A DNA stretch of 60,887 bases, the filler included, from Sphacelaria rigidula (taxonomy: Eukaryota): NCBI GenBank assembly GCA_964200075.2. It is 7 parts of 7 records of this genome, joined end to end, with 100 filler letters (N's around TTAATTAATTAA, not from the genome) between each part and the next. Parts side by side here need not be neighbours in the genome. Positions count along the whole stretch, not along the records: positions 34,853 to 43,464 come from CAXNAA020010606.1; positions 43,565 to 52,176 come from CAXNAA020010607.1; 5 more parts are not named here. One strand, written 5' to 3'. Shown piece after piece: positions 36,540-47,567 of this stretch. The position numbers and the translations under genes are program-made. Below the pieces are notes generated by a model that was given only the letters and a program-made list of their open reading frames with translations, ran no database searches and was not told the DNA's origin. Positions within the stretch are counted from its first letter, which is position 1. Each line of letters starts with the position of its first letter.

Positions 36540-37100
36540 TACTGGAAGACGCTCGTGTTTCATGGTCACACTTTGCTTCGGCGACTGATCGCATTAGGTA
36601 CGAGGACGAACGGCTGGCGGAAGCCCGTTTCTCGACTTTTACTTCCAAGAAAGAAAAAAATCTGCTGGGATCGGACTGCCATCGAAAAAAGATGACGGCG
36701 TGCCTGCAGAAGGTGACTGGGGTGACATGTGCAGATATCAGCTAGTCGTGCAAGTCTGTGTATTGGCGGTACAATACCACGAACCCAAACGTCATGTCGT
36801 AGGAGGTACATGGGATACTCGGCGACCCTAGTGTCCGGCATCGTTTCTCTGTGGCGATTGGCGCAGGTGCGATTAAGCCATTACTCTCGTCCATCGGGTG
36901 CCAGACCCTCGTCGTGCACTAGTTCGAGAGAGACCAAGGCAGCAGCGGGCGACTGGGGGGAAAGGGAACATACCACAACCCTTGTGTTCGCAAATGTCCG
37001 AACGGTCCAGTGTTGATTTTTTCTTGCTTTCTCGCTGACAAGGCGCGGCGACATCAGTTTCTTCACATTCACGATCCACTTGAAAACCTTTTTCGCGGCG
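36540..37100 (-). pseudogene. Possible degenerate EsV-1-7 cysteine-repeat sequence
   Basis: Fragments IVNVKK, ICEHKGCGMFP, EKRCRTLG(C)AEYPMY (needs one frameshift) and AKCDHE resemble the EsV-1-7 pattern VNVxxKxCxxxGCxKxPxY/F. Confidence 0.3.
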
Positions 37101-38169
37101 AAAGTCCCGCACGGCACAAGAAAACATTCGTTGTGTTGCGTGATGCAGGTTGCCACGACTGCAGGGCACAGAGCAATACCGACATTACCGTGGTACTGAA
37201 ATCAACATACTTGCGCATGCATGTTGAAGGGCAGCCGCAATCGCGAAGAAGAGAGTCCCTAGCTGTTGAACTAACGGCAAAGCAAACAGGACGCTCTTGT
37301 TTTTGTCTTCCCAGTTTCCACGTGCCTAATCGCCGCCTGACGTTCTCGTATGCACGCCATCATTGGTCCGCATTCCCACGGAGAAATCCAACCGTAACCC
37401 TAACACAGCTATGAAACCTGACCCTTGTCGAGTACCCTACCCTCAACGCTGATCCTAGCCTCTGCTAGACGTACAGCCACAATGTATGGAGGTTATTCGC
37501 ACCAAACGTGAGCAACTTCCCGCCGCTTCCTTTCCATTTGCTCCCCCTCTTGCCCACCAGGTACCACTCTCCAATAGCCCGGAAAATGTCCTGCGATACG
37601 GAGCGGTCGTCCAACTCATAAGCTGCGAGGTAAGAACATCTAGGGCACATCCCCTCGAAGATTGAGTACCGGAGTGCGACGCGCGGTGTACGATCCTAGC
37701 TAGTGCACGCGTGTATGAGGTACGTGAAGGGGATCGACGAAGCTTTGGTTCTAGGCAATTGACGGTAGCCAAATCTACTCAAACTAGGGGAATACTCAGG
37801 AGGGTATCATGCCTGTAGGTCTCGCACCGGTTGAATACGTTCGTCGGAGGAATCTGGTTGGTTGAGAGCGCGATCCCACGATGAGGGGCGGAGGGGGGCG
37901 TTTTGAGCCACTTCTTGCAACAAAAATTCATATCAGTCAGGGCAGTCACTCCGAAGTGCCGCTTGAAGCAGCATGTTTTATTTGAATGCTCGTTGACCTG
38001 AGACATGATACACGCAGTCTCCCCCCCGGAAACGTTGAAGCCTCATTCAAGCAAGCGCACAACGGGTGTGTGAGGTCGTGTAGTGTAGTACACCCGTGGA
38101 GCCCCCTGTTTGGCGCAATCAGCCGCCGTGCCCCGGTGGTCTGTCTTATGGAACAGTACAACTCCCCAC

Positions 38170-38420
38170 CATTATAGGTTGGAATAGTGGAATAATGCGG
38201 GTTCGATTCCCGGAAGATGCATTCGGGGTTCTCCCAAGAAATATGACGTGATTTCTGTCGTTGAAAACGTAGGAATGTGAGTAACAAACACAACAACTAT
38301 TTGCATTCCACGCGGTAAGGGAGTGCTGGTGGTCATGAAAAGCCTGTAGCGAGGGACAAATACGTTCATCCCTTGAGACCGTGGATTCGGTACGAGAGGG
38401 GGGGGAAGGTAAAAAGTGCG
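38170..38420 (+). mobile_element. Diverged SINE family 1 relative
   Basis: B-box GGTTCGATTCC; tail TTCATCCCTTGAGACCGTGGATTC...GGGGGAAGG. Confidence 0.55.
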
Positions 38421-38723
38421 TCAACCGTCCTCCCCCCTCTACCCCCCCCCCGATATGATCACTCGAAAGTCCTTAATCGACGGGTGATAAACTGATGGCC
38501 ACGACGTTATCTTTGACGGGGAGACTTTTGACCACAGATAACTATGTGTTGGCGAGATTGAGAGTAGAGGATACGATTGAGAGTGAAAAGCGGTCGATTG
38601 GTGAATGAATCGTTTCAGTTCCGAAAAGCCCCTCCACGAAGCCCGATATGCCTCCTGTAATAGCTGACTACTGAGGCCCTTGATATCCCTGAGTAGGATA
38701 TCGACGTGTAGCTGTAAGCACAC

Positions 38724-39167
38724 AACACGGGATCTTACGAATTGGGGATGGATATTTTATTGGGGATGAGTCACCCGGCGGATTAAAATATTCCTATCCA
38801 CACCAAATCTTCGAAATACGGTTCCATTTCTTAACCTGCTGATAACCATTGACAACTGCTACACGTCATAGAAAGTTGGATTTCGATCACCGAAAGTTTG
38901 GGGTCCTAGGTGAAAAAGCAATTTTGGGGAATTCGGGGTGTCCGAACGGACGCCAAAATGGTTCCGAAATTGGTTTTTCACCTGGGACCCCGACATTTCG
39001 GTGATCGAAATCAAATTTTCTGTGGCGTGTAGCAGTTGTCAATAGCTATCAGTAGATGAAGAAATGGAACAATATTTCGAAGATTTGGTGTGGATAGGAA
39101 GATTTTAATCCGCCGGGTTTCTCATCCCCAATAAAAGATCCATCCTCAATTTGTAAGATCGCGTGTT
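38724..39167. mobile_element. 444-bp fold-back (fully palindromic) MITE-like element
   Basis: Arms pair from AACACGGGATCTTAC / GTAAGATCGCGTGTT all the way in to a central TGTCCG-AA-CGGACG loop at ~38945. Confidence 0.9.
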
Positions 39168-39821
39168 ACACGCAAGTGATGGAGGCTAAGAAAAACACAC
39201 GAGGAATAAAAAAATGGCTAAGTTAAAGCGAATGATCAAAACCACTCTCAATCAGCGCTCTACTCTCAATCTTTCGAATACGTTGTTAGGTGTTGTCACT
39301 CGGGGGGTAATTTGATTATTCAATCCGGAATTTTCACGTTTCCTTTTCATGAGTAGATTTTTCTTTTACCTCTTGAGACCTCCGCCGTACGGCGATTAAT
39401 CACGCGTCATCGAGAAGATGGGAACGTGTCTCGGCGAGAATCTGCTCGACGGTGTGTTATCTTTCAAGCTTATACGGAAGGAACTTGATCCGCTAGGGTA
39501 CACGCACAATCTTCATGAGACGGAGGCACTTCAGAGTGGGGGATATACATCTCTCTCTCTCTCTCTCTATCTATATATATATATATACATATTCGCCGTC
39601 GACTGGCGTGGCATTGAAAAGACTCGTCGTATTTTGGCACTTGTGACTCGATGATTTATCTCTCGGTGAATGCGTGTCCTCAAAGTTGGAGAAAGTTGGC
39701 ACACCGCCAAACGATCAGTGTCGTTGTGCATCATCACACGGGACGGATCAGCTGAAAACAACTGCCGTCCATGCTCACGTTCGGCACGTGTCGCGCTGTT
39801 TATGGCGCTCTGCTGTCACAG

Positions 39822-39983
39822 GTCGGGGGGATGCTAGCGTGCGATCCCTTTGAGGAGACATCGCTCGGTTCTCAGTCCTACCTGACCACGGTGTGCCCTC
39901 AGTCTGCTTTGGGTGGAGAGGCGGCGGTTGGCGAAGGGAAGCCCTCGATGGTCCCGGCCCGCACTGCGTTTACGGTGGTCAAG
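39822..39983 (+). CDS. Possible isolated exon, unknown protein (VGGMLACDPFEETSLG...TAFTVVK)
   Basis: CTCTGCTGTCACAG| acceptor, AAG|GTCACG donor, GC-rich open frame; no partner exon identified. Confidence 0.3.
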
Positions 39984-42900
39984 GTCACGGATCCGCGACT
40001 GAAGGTGGTGGAGGATGACAAAACGAGTGTTGATAGCAGTAAGGAAGACATAAGGGCATATATTTGTACCCAGTACTACTTCCCCGTTAACCTCGGCTGA
40101 TTATCGAGTACTATTATGATGTTGAAACATATTTGGTACTCGATTTGTCGGAATAAAGCTGACATTGATTTCCTGGGGCAATGCTGGTATCTTTGAATAG
40201 TTGAAACAAGATTTGGTACTATCCGGTGTCTCTCATAAAGTAAACTACGGCCCTGTTTGTTTTCTTCTGGCGGCGCCAAAATCGAGGATGTGGGCTCTAG
40301 GTACAAAACCTGTTAGCCGCATACGTACGTGAAGCTATCCCTCACGGCCCAAGTAACTGTTGGATATATCTTCCTTTTTTTTCGAAAATAGTTCTGTAGC
40401 GTGCGCAGCGTGGAGTTACAATTTTCCGCATGCAGGTATACTGCTAGTTTTATTGAACAATCTCAACAGCAGGTGCTATCAGCTTCATCACGTCTTGAAA
40501 AAACGAAACGCTCCAGTGAAAAGGTGATCCCTTGACCGGCACTTGTGGGAATTTGTTCCTTCCATATTGTGATTCCCACATCAACCCCCTTCCCCCTCTT
40601 CATGAACTTCTGGGTTTTGTAGGAGTAACGTTTTACGCCGGCTAGCGGTTGGAAACTTGCCTTTTATTTTACATATCTTCCACGTGTGTTGGGTCACCCA
40701 ACCAACAATCGTCGCAGGAGATGCTCCGTGAGTTTCGAACTCTGCTTCAGAGGGAATCTCCCATTTTGTTTTAGCTCCCACCATTTTGGTGGGATCCGAG
40801 AGTTGAACCCGAGGGGACTTCTACTCGTGAAGCGTAGGAGCTCTCTCACGGAGTTGCCAGTGTGAAAAGGTGATTCCTTGGCAGACACTTGTGGGAATTC
40901 GTCTCTTCCGTGTGGTGGTTCCCACGCTCCAAATATCTGCGCTAGAGGAGGGGGCAGGAAATGCGTAATAATAAGAACGGGGTACTGGAATAGCAAACAC
41001 TTCGTCACTCACTACGCTCCAGAGGCGAGTTCACGCGAATTCGGCGGCGCAAGTCCGTGGTTGATATTTTTGTTTGTGTCAAATCGCAAGGCTAAGTCTA
41101 ATTCAAACCCCAAACCTAGGCATGTCGAGAGCCCTCGTGTGCGGGGGGAGTGCACAGGGGACCGTAGGTCAAGTGTGCGTTGGCAGAGCTCAAACCAGTC
41201 GACGCCTCAGGCGCCGATATGAGAAAGGACGCGTGCCGCGCATGCCGGGCGATCCATCGAGACTATGGAGCCCCTGGAAATCCAATATATATATGATGGT
41301 CCACGCAAAAGCAATCGTGTCTCAGCCATGTTGTTCCATAATTGGGTTTGCATGAGCTCTGCCGTGCTTCTATCACCCTCCTGATGTGTGCTACGAACGC
41401 ACGTGTCAAAGCTTGACCGAAAAAATGACCGTCACTGCCCTACACCTACCCGCAAGATCCGATGGAGATAGTTCAAAAGAGCCACCGTCATTAATATCCG
41501 CAGAATCATCCGCGCGTCCCCTTGGAGGCATGCTCTATCTTTGCCATGCTTGTGCCTCTGATATTTGTTTGCATAACTTTGGCTGCTGCCCGTGACGCTC
41601 AAATATGAATTCTACCACAGCAAGATCCTATGGCACAGATTCAGCTGTCGAAGAATGCACAGCCGTGTCTTCCAGATGGGGATGGAGAGCGGGTAAGCAA
41701 CGAGAAACAACGCAGGGTATATATGTATATATAGAGAGAGAGAGAGAGAAAGAGAGAGTATGTGCGCGAGAGATAGAATGTGGGACAATCCCCTATTAAA
41801 AATGCCTCTTATTATTAGACTATTCTGTTTTGTTTTCCTTTTTGTTTTCTTTTTTTCTTTTTTACCTTGTTCTCGAGTTTTTCTATTCGTCTTTAGCAAT
41901 GTTTCTTTGCTATTTTACCCTGGGATGATTGATGACTTGAAGCGGGTCAGTTTACTCGCGACGAACACGGCCAAGCACTCCTCCAGAGCAATGCCACGGT
42001 AGGGGTGGATCTGTTTCTTCTTAGGCTCTTTGTTGTACAGTTGGAGCCTGTTGATGACAAATCTCTGGGCCTTGGTCATCGGCCTCAGAAAAGTTTGGAC
42101 TGAAAAATGCATCCCTACCGCGGCATTACTCTCGAATCAAATACGGCGTGTGGTGAGCGTTGTGGGAAGGTGAGTATACGGTGTAGTGATTTCCAACTGC
42201 TGTAGTCGTATTGACGCTCCACGTCTGGAAGTTAATTTGTGTCGTACTTGCCTTGCGCACATTGATATGGGGGAGTCACCTTTTCACCTAATAAGCGAAA
42301 GTGCAGTGCCCGGCCGAGACGGCAACTAAGTTTAGGATATTACCCCTTAAGCATCCGCAGTTTCTGGCGAATTTCCTGTTCTATCATGACCGGTAGTTGT
42401 TCTATGGCAATATATATATATAAATATATATTGAGAATGCACGCAAACAAGAACATATATAGCAAAAGCTTACGCCTGAGAGGAAGGACCCCGGTACCAT
42501 ACTTGTACTCTATTGCCGGGATTCGAACCCTCACGCATTCTGAACAAACAGGCCCTGATGAGGCACCACTTTGACTACTGGGGCGCGGTGGTAGTAATGT
42601 GCATGTTTCCCCCCCCAAAACCCTTGGTATAGGTGGGGTGTAACCGAACGCTTCGTTATACATAGTGATGGTGTTCGGTGTCTAACTCGCTTCCCCGTCC
42701 CGTTCAAACAAGGGCAGTAGACTGGATTCTTCTCCATTTTATTCGTCGTCTATGTTGCTGAGTAAACGCACAGGAACGCTCCGCATGCTGCTTGTTTGTT
42801 TTCTTGTTATTCTCCCCCATCTGCCAGAGCTTAAATCCTCCTTTGTCCTGTTTGTATATACTCTGCAGTGAAAGTAGATGCATGATAATGTGTGGTAGAT

Positions 42901-43080
42901 GATGCGGATTGTGTTTGTCGTCTTGTTTGTTCGGCGAAGGTGTGTCTCGGGGATGAGTTCCACCTCGTGTGCGACGCGGCTCTGCGCGTGTGTGACGGTG
43001 GACACATGAGAAGACCGAACCTTTTCTTGGCTTCAGGTAACAACACAAGTACACAATGACGAAGGAGAGCCAAAGAGAGA

Positions 43081-43285
43081 GGGGGTGTACTCATGAACTT
43101 GCATGCCGTAGTCATAACACCATTAGTCTCGCATCCCTACAAAGCCGGGACGAAGCATGCCTGGTTTTCACTGGACCGGGCTCGCACTCAATCACCAAGC
43201 GCGAAGCGCCGTGATGTGTTCGGCGAGGCGCATGAAGGGTGCGCTGTATCCTGCTAAGGTTGTTCGGCCCGAAGCGTACCGATTA
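43081..43285 (-). repeat. Family B repeat
   Basis: Homolog of 6395-6600. Confidence 0.7.
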
Positions 43286-43357
43286 TCTTGGATTTGGATG
43301 CCAGCCTTCAAAGAGAGAGGTGAAGGCATACATAGTACACAAAACAAACAAACAAAC

Positions 43358-43404
<47 letters not shown>

Positions 43405-43464
43405 CATACATACATACATACATACATACATACATACATACATACATACATACATACATACATA
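43358..43464. repeat. (ATAG)n(ATAC)n compound microsatellite at the scaffold end
   Basis: Seen directly. Confidence 0.95.
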
Positions 43465-43564
43465 NNNNNNNNNNNNNNNNNNNNNNNNNNNNNNNNNNNN
43501 NNNNNNNNTTAATTAATTAANNNNNNNNNNNNNNNNNNNNNNNNNNNNNNNNNNNNNNNNNNNN
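43465..43564. other. Artificial scaffold linker
   Basis: N44-TTAATTAATTAA-N44. Confidence 0.99.
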
Positions 43565-43635
43565 TGATGTTCTCTTTCTCTCTTTTTTTTCCAGTGTAGA
43601 CTTGCGCTTTTTTTTTTGGTTCCTGCATTCCTTCT

Positions 43636-43710
43636 GGGGGGGGGGGGGGGCGTAGTCATTTGTTGCTTGTCTCAGTCGTTTGACCATTGATCACGCATCC
43701 CTTTCGAGAC
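43636..43710. repeat. Family A short element with an apparent target-site duplication
   Basis: Flanked by CCTTCTG+G-run at 43630 and CCTTCTGA+G-run at 43710. Confidence 0.75.
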
Positions 43711-44251
43711 CTTCTGAGGGGGGGGGGAAGGGGCACAATGAAAAAAACTGGACCGAAAAAGCTGACGAAAGAGAAGCGGCACAGAACAGGAGCTCGACCA
43801 CCCCCCGACAGGGCAGCAGGTATCTCCTCCCTGACCCCTGGTCAGTGACAAGGCGATCTACTCTCTCGACGTTTCACTCGTGTCGAGCTCAAGAAGCAGG
43901 AGCTACGACGGGTTGTAATTGAAGATGTGCAGAGGGTATGTTCGCACACGCAAGGGACAGACGGCTGGAAGGGGAACGGAAAAGAAACGTTTTGCACCTG
44001 CTAGCAGTTATGGATAGTGTGTAGCGGCGGAGATAGGAGGTGCGGAGAGGGCAATGATTAGTCGGCTTTTCGTGGATACAGGTCGAGGTCTATGCAAGCA
44101 ATACTGTATGACGGGCGAGATATCTATAGATACCAGCTCCCTCCATTGTGAAAACACACGGTGGAATTTCCCTCTCTACTCGCCCCACCATCATTACCTC
44201 ACCACGCCTGAAGCTTCACACAGCCCGCGAGCATTGAACCACTGTGCTCAC

Positions 44252-44366
44252 CTACCCAGCATCATATGTAGGGATATTCCCAGGCTCCAGATGTCGACCG
44301 GCAGGCTGTAGCCCTTCCTACACCGGGTAACATTGACGATTTCCGGGGCGTGATATATAGGTGTAC
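44252..44366 (-). CDS. Ser/Thr protein kinase exon, subdomains VIII-IX (GTPIYHAPE...VDIWSLG)
   Basis: Acceptor CTCTACAG| in phase 1; donor AG|GTGAGC; APE and DIWSLG motifs. Confidence 0.9.
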
Positions 44367-44870
44367 CTGTAGAGGTTTGGAAGCGTACCGGAGAAAAGAT
44401 GCCTGAAGGTATACGAGTTTCAACCACTATACGGGTTGAAGCCAAGGCGTTTCATCAGTAACCAAACTCGGACATGACCACATACTGACCCAGCACAACC
44501 CTGACGTGGTCATCACTAACCCGAATGGCAGAAGTACGAGCCTCACGTGATCATCTTGGAACCCGGCGTAGTTTTTAAATGACCGGGCACAACTCTCGCA
44601 CGGCAATATTTCAAGTGGGCGATAGTATCGCATGACCACCTTGGATTTGGGAAACGATACGCACGATGAGCTTAATGATGTGGGGGTTGAATGTGGCGGC
44701 AAGATGACACCGAACTCTGGCCGTCAGGCGCTGACTTCCCCATGTTCTCACAATTGGCTTGTCTCGCCTTCTTTTCCGGCAGCCCAGCCTATGGGTTTCC
44801 GCATCTGTTCAGTGTAGAAAAACGTCGTGAGTACTTATTTTGCGCTGGACAATAGGCGATCGGCACTCAC

Positions 44871-45012
44871 CACATCGCGACGTCTGGAGACCTTGTACTT
44901 TCTTACTGCTGCCGAAGTCAATGAGTTTAACCCCCTGGCAGCTAGCATCGAGAACCGCATTAGCCAGCTTCACGTCTCCGTGAAGAATGCTTCGGCTGTG
45001 CAGGTATGATAC
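44871..45012 (-). CDS. Kinase exon, catalytic loop and DFG (VSYLHSRSILHGDVKLANAVLD...KLIDFGSSK...SRC)
   Basis: TAG| acceptor at 45013 and G|GTGAGT donor; 142 bp; phases match both neighbours. Not in the ORF track; translated manually. Confidence 0.9.
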
Positions 45013-45468
45013 CTAGTGGTTTGGTGCACACAATAGTAAACGCCCACCGATCGGGACGTGTCTCAACCTTCCAATGAAAACAAGGTGACCCGGCGCCTGG
45101 AAACCGATGCAACCATGTATCCCGTTGATTCATCATCACACCACGAACGCAAGGCACTTCGGTACTCTACCATCTTACTGCCGTGGAAAAAGCTTTCCAG
45201 TTCACCAGAAACGAGCACCCCACACTCGAATATCGGTGGAAGGAGTACCTGTTCCAGCTGCATGACTCTACACGTAAATGACGACAAGCGGCTGGGTATC
45301 CACAGTCGAGTGTTGTATTGTTCTTCGCGCAATGCTCCGTCGTGCTCAAAACCCAAACCGTAAACGCCACAGAGCTCAACCGCCACAATCACCACCGTTC
45401 CGGTATTTTCGCGTCCTGTTCAACGGCCGAATCATGCAAAAGGGTCGTACTTCGCAAGACGTACTCAC

Positions 45469-45594
45469 TCCTGCTACGAGCTGGTGGAACAACTGCTTGG
45501 CGTCATCTTCGTCAAGCCGTCGTTGGTGCAGGACGAAATTCTCGAGGTTCCCTCCCGCGCCGTATTCCATTACGACAAACATCCGAGTGTCAAC
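45469..45594 (-). CDS. Kinase exon, hinge/alphaD-E (VDTRMFVVMEYGAGGNL...AKQLFHQLVAG)
   Basis: CAG| and GGA|GTGAGT; 42 codons; CAMK/AMPK-like motif. Confidence 0.9.
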
Positions 45595-46213
45595 CTGAGG
45601 CGCGTTTGTTTTTACAGAGCCAGACAAAGTGCGCGGTCAAAGCAATCGATATTATGTCCCCGTCGCCATGTCCAGCCGGGTCCTTCGTGAAAAACCTGGA
45701 ATGCTGCTTTTGTTTCAATCGTATTGCCAGCGTCCCATCCGATGGCTCGCGAACGACAAGATCACAAGAGGTCACGACAACAACTCAGCCCGTTGGTGAT
45801 GTCGCTGGGACGGGAATCACTTCTCCGAACGCATGAATGAATTAGGGACCTGTGACTGTTGATCGTGAGGCAGAGGAGGTGCGTAAAGTATGCCTGCATC
45901 ATAGGATTGTCGAGGCCAATCAACCCACTCTTTTTGTATAAAAACAAGCGTTCCCGCGCTTGTATGCTAGTATTTACGACGTGCAACGGTCGATTAAAGA
46001 CGATGAGTCCCGAGCGGATAGCGGAGAACCATACGCCTAGCTTCCCTGGATCGTTACTCAATGGCTTGGTATTGTCACCAGCCCTGTAATCCTGTCGGAC
46101 GAAATTCGAGCTCGTCACCATATCGGGTGAGGAGGCGCGTATATGAGTAACAGGCGTTAAATACTAGAGAACGAAGGCCACTTACATAGGCGACTTTAAG
46201 TAGGTGTCCATAC

Positions 46214-46285
46214 CTTGAAGCACTCGGCGAAACCGATTATATTGGGATGCTTGAACTCCTTCATGAGCGTGACCTCATTCAGTTG
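46214..46285 (-). CDS. Kinase exon, alphaC and HPNII (QLNEVTLMKEFKHPNIIGFAECFK)
   Basis: Donor AAG|GTATGG in phase 0. The acceptor is weak and its exact position uncertain. Confidence 0.85.
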
Positions 46286-46665
46286 CTTCTCGTCGAGTTG
46301 ACCATAGCGTGGTAAAAAGCACATGTTCACACCAAGGCATGGAAACGACGGAAAGTTCGGCGAAATGTATTAGTGGACAAGCGTGTCTCTTGCCTTCTGA
46401 ACCAAGTATGTAGAACAGCCGGAACGCCCGTTTCCACCTATTCTACGATGCCGAGTGATGTAGCTTACATTTCGGAGTATACGTCTTCAGTGATGGGCAC
46501 CTAGTTGAAGCGGGGATTTGAGCGGAAAGCCCATTTCCTCGGAGCGTCCATACTTGGAATGGTCACATGCCGAAATTGCAAATACTACTGGGCTTGTTTT
46601 GTCATCTACGGTCGACGCCTGGGCCTTCGACTACGAAGTATGAACCATTTGTATGCTCCGCATAC

Positions 46666-46737
46666 CTCGGCGCCACTGGGATCCACTATTTTGATGGCTA
46701 CCGTAACACCAGACTTGCAGTGCACGGCTTTCTTGAC
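46666..46737 (-). CDS. Kinase exon, VAIK (VKKAVHCKSGVTVAIKIVDPSGAE)
   Basis: Pyrimidine tract plus CTAACAG| and GAG|GTATGC; 24 codons. Confidence 0.9.
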
Positions 46738-46997
46738 CTGTTAGTGGTCAGACACAGGGATGCCGAGGGAAAGGGAAGGGCGGAGAATGGTGGCAGTGAA
46801 TTTTTGAGGGTGCGCCCCCATGACAACCGCTGGTGAGCGAATCGTATCGTTGGGCTGAATATTGGTGACGCGAGTGGCGACATAACGCCGTGTGGCACAG
46901 GTCAAGCAACCGAGGTCGTTCAATCAGTTCTAGCACCCTACAATCTGGATGCAATATACAACGTGGAAGTCAACCTACAACCCCTTGCAAAACTCAC

Positions 46998-47096
46998 CAT
47001 CCCGAATGTGCCTCTCCCTATTATGGCGTCCTCGATGGAATACGATTCCCAGGTACCAGTCATGTTCGGCCGAAGTATGCCGAGGTCGGTACACAC
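46998..47096 (-). CDS. Kinase exon, Gly-rich loop (...YSIEDAIIGRGTFGM)
   Basis: TAG| and ATG|GTGAGT; 33 codons; gives GxGxFGxV when spliced. Confidence 0.88.
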
Positions 47097-47414
47097 CTAT
47101 GTGTCGGGCCGCGAACGGTACGAATCACGTCATTTACTCAGCGTCTAAAACACGTCATGCGTCAGGCAATCTGGTCGAAAAATAACGGTTTCATCGAGTC
47201 CAGCACTGATGAGTCGACCGCAAAAAGCTACGTCCATCTTCGACAGTAATAATGGTTGCGAGCACGGTGAACGACCACGTCTCCTGGACTCTTGTAAAAC
47301 AAATGTGACTGCCGAGGCATCAACCATAACGCAAGCCACCACGCCCCCAATATGGCATTTCGTGTTATACAGAAGACGGCTAACAAGGTGCATCACCGGC
47401 GAGAATGATCACAC

Positions 47415-47567
47415 CTCAGGCGTTTCCCCGACTGATATCGTGCCGTGTCCCGCCGCGCTCTTGGCCCCGCCAGCATCACCACCCGGTGGCATTTTCGCCG
47501 TGTCCTCCTTGATGGCTAGCGACGGCATAGCATCACCGCCTACAGGACCCGGCAGCACCTCTCTTAC
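47415..47567 (-). CDS. Probable N-terminal exon of the kinase gene (VREVLPGPVGG...GETPE)
   Basis: CAG| and GAG|GTGTGA; 51 codons, phase 0/0. Further upstream exons near 47843-48009 and 48205-48300 are possible. Confidence 0.5.

Noticed and set aside
41915..42112. Possible exon or ORF (VQTFLRPMTKAQRF…)
   Set aside because: It looks coding, but there is no recognisable family and no partner exon; unsupported.
15314..47096. Functional gene cluster (RRP9, Derlin, RFT1-like, kinase)
   Set aside because: The genes lie on different artificially joined scaffolds, except the Derlin/RFT1-like pair.
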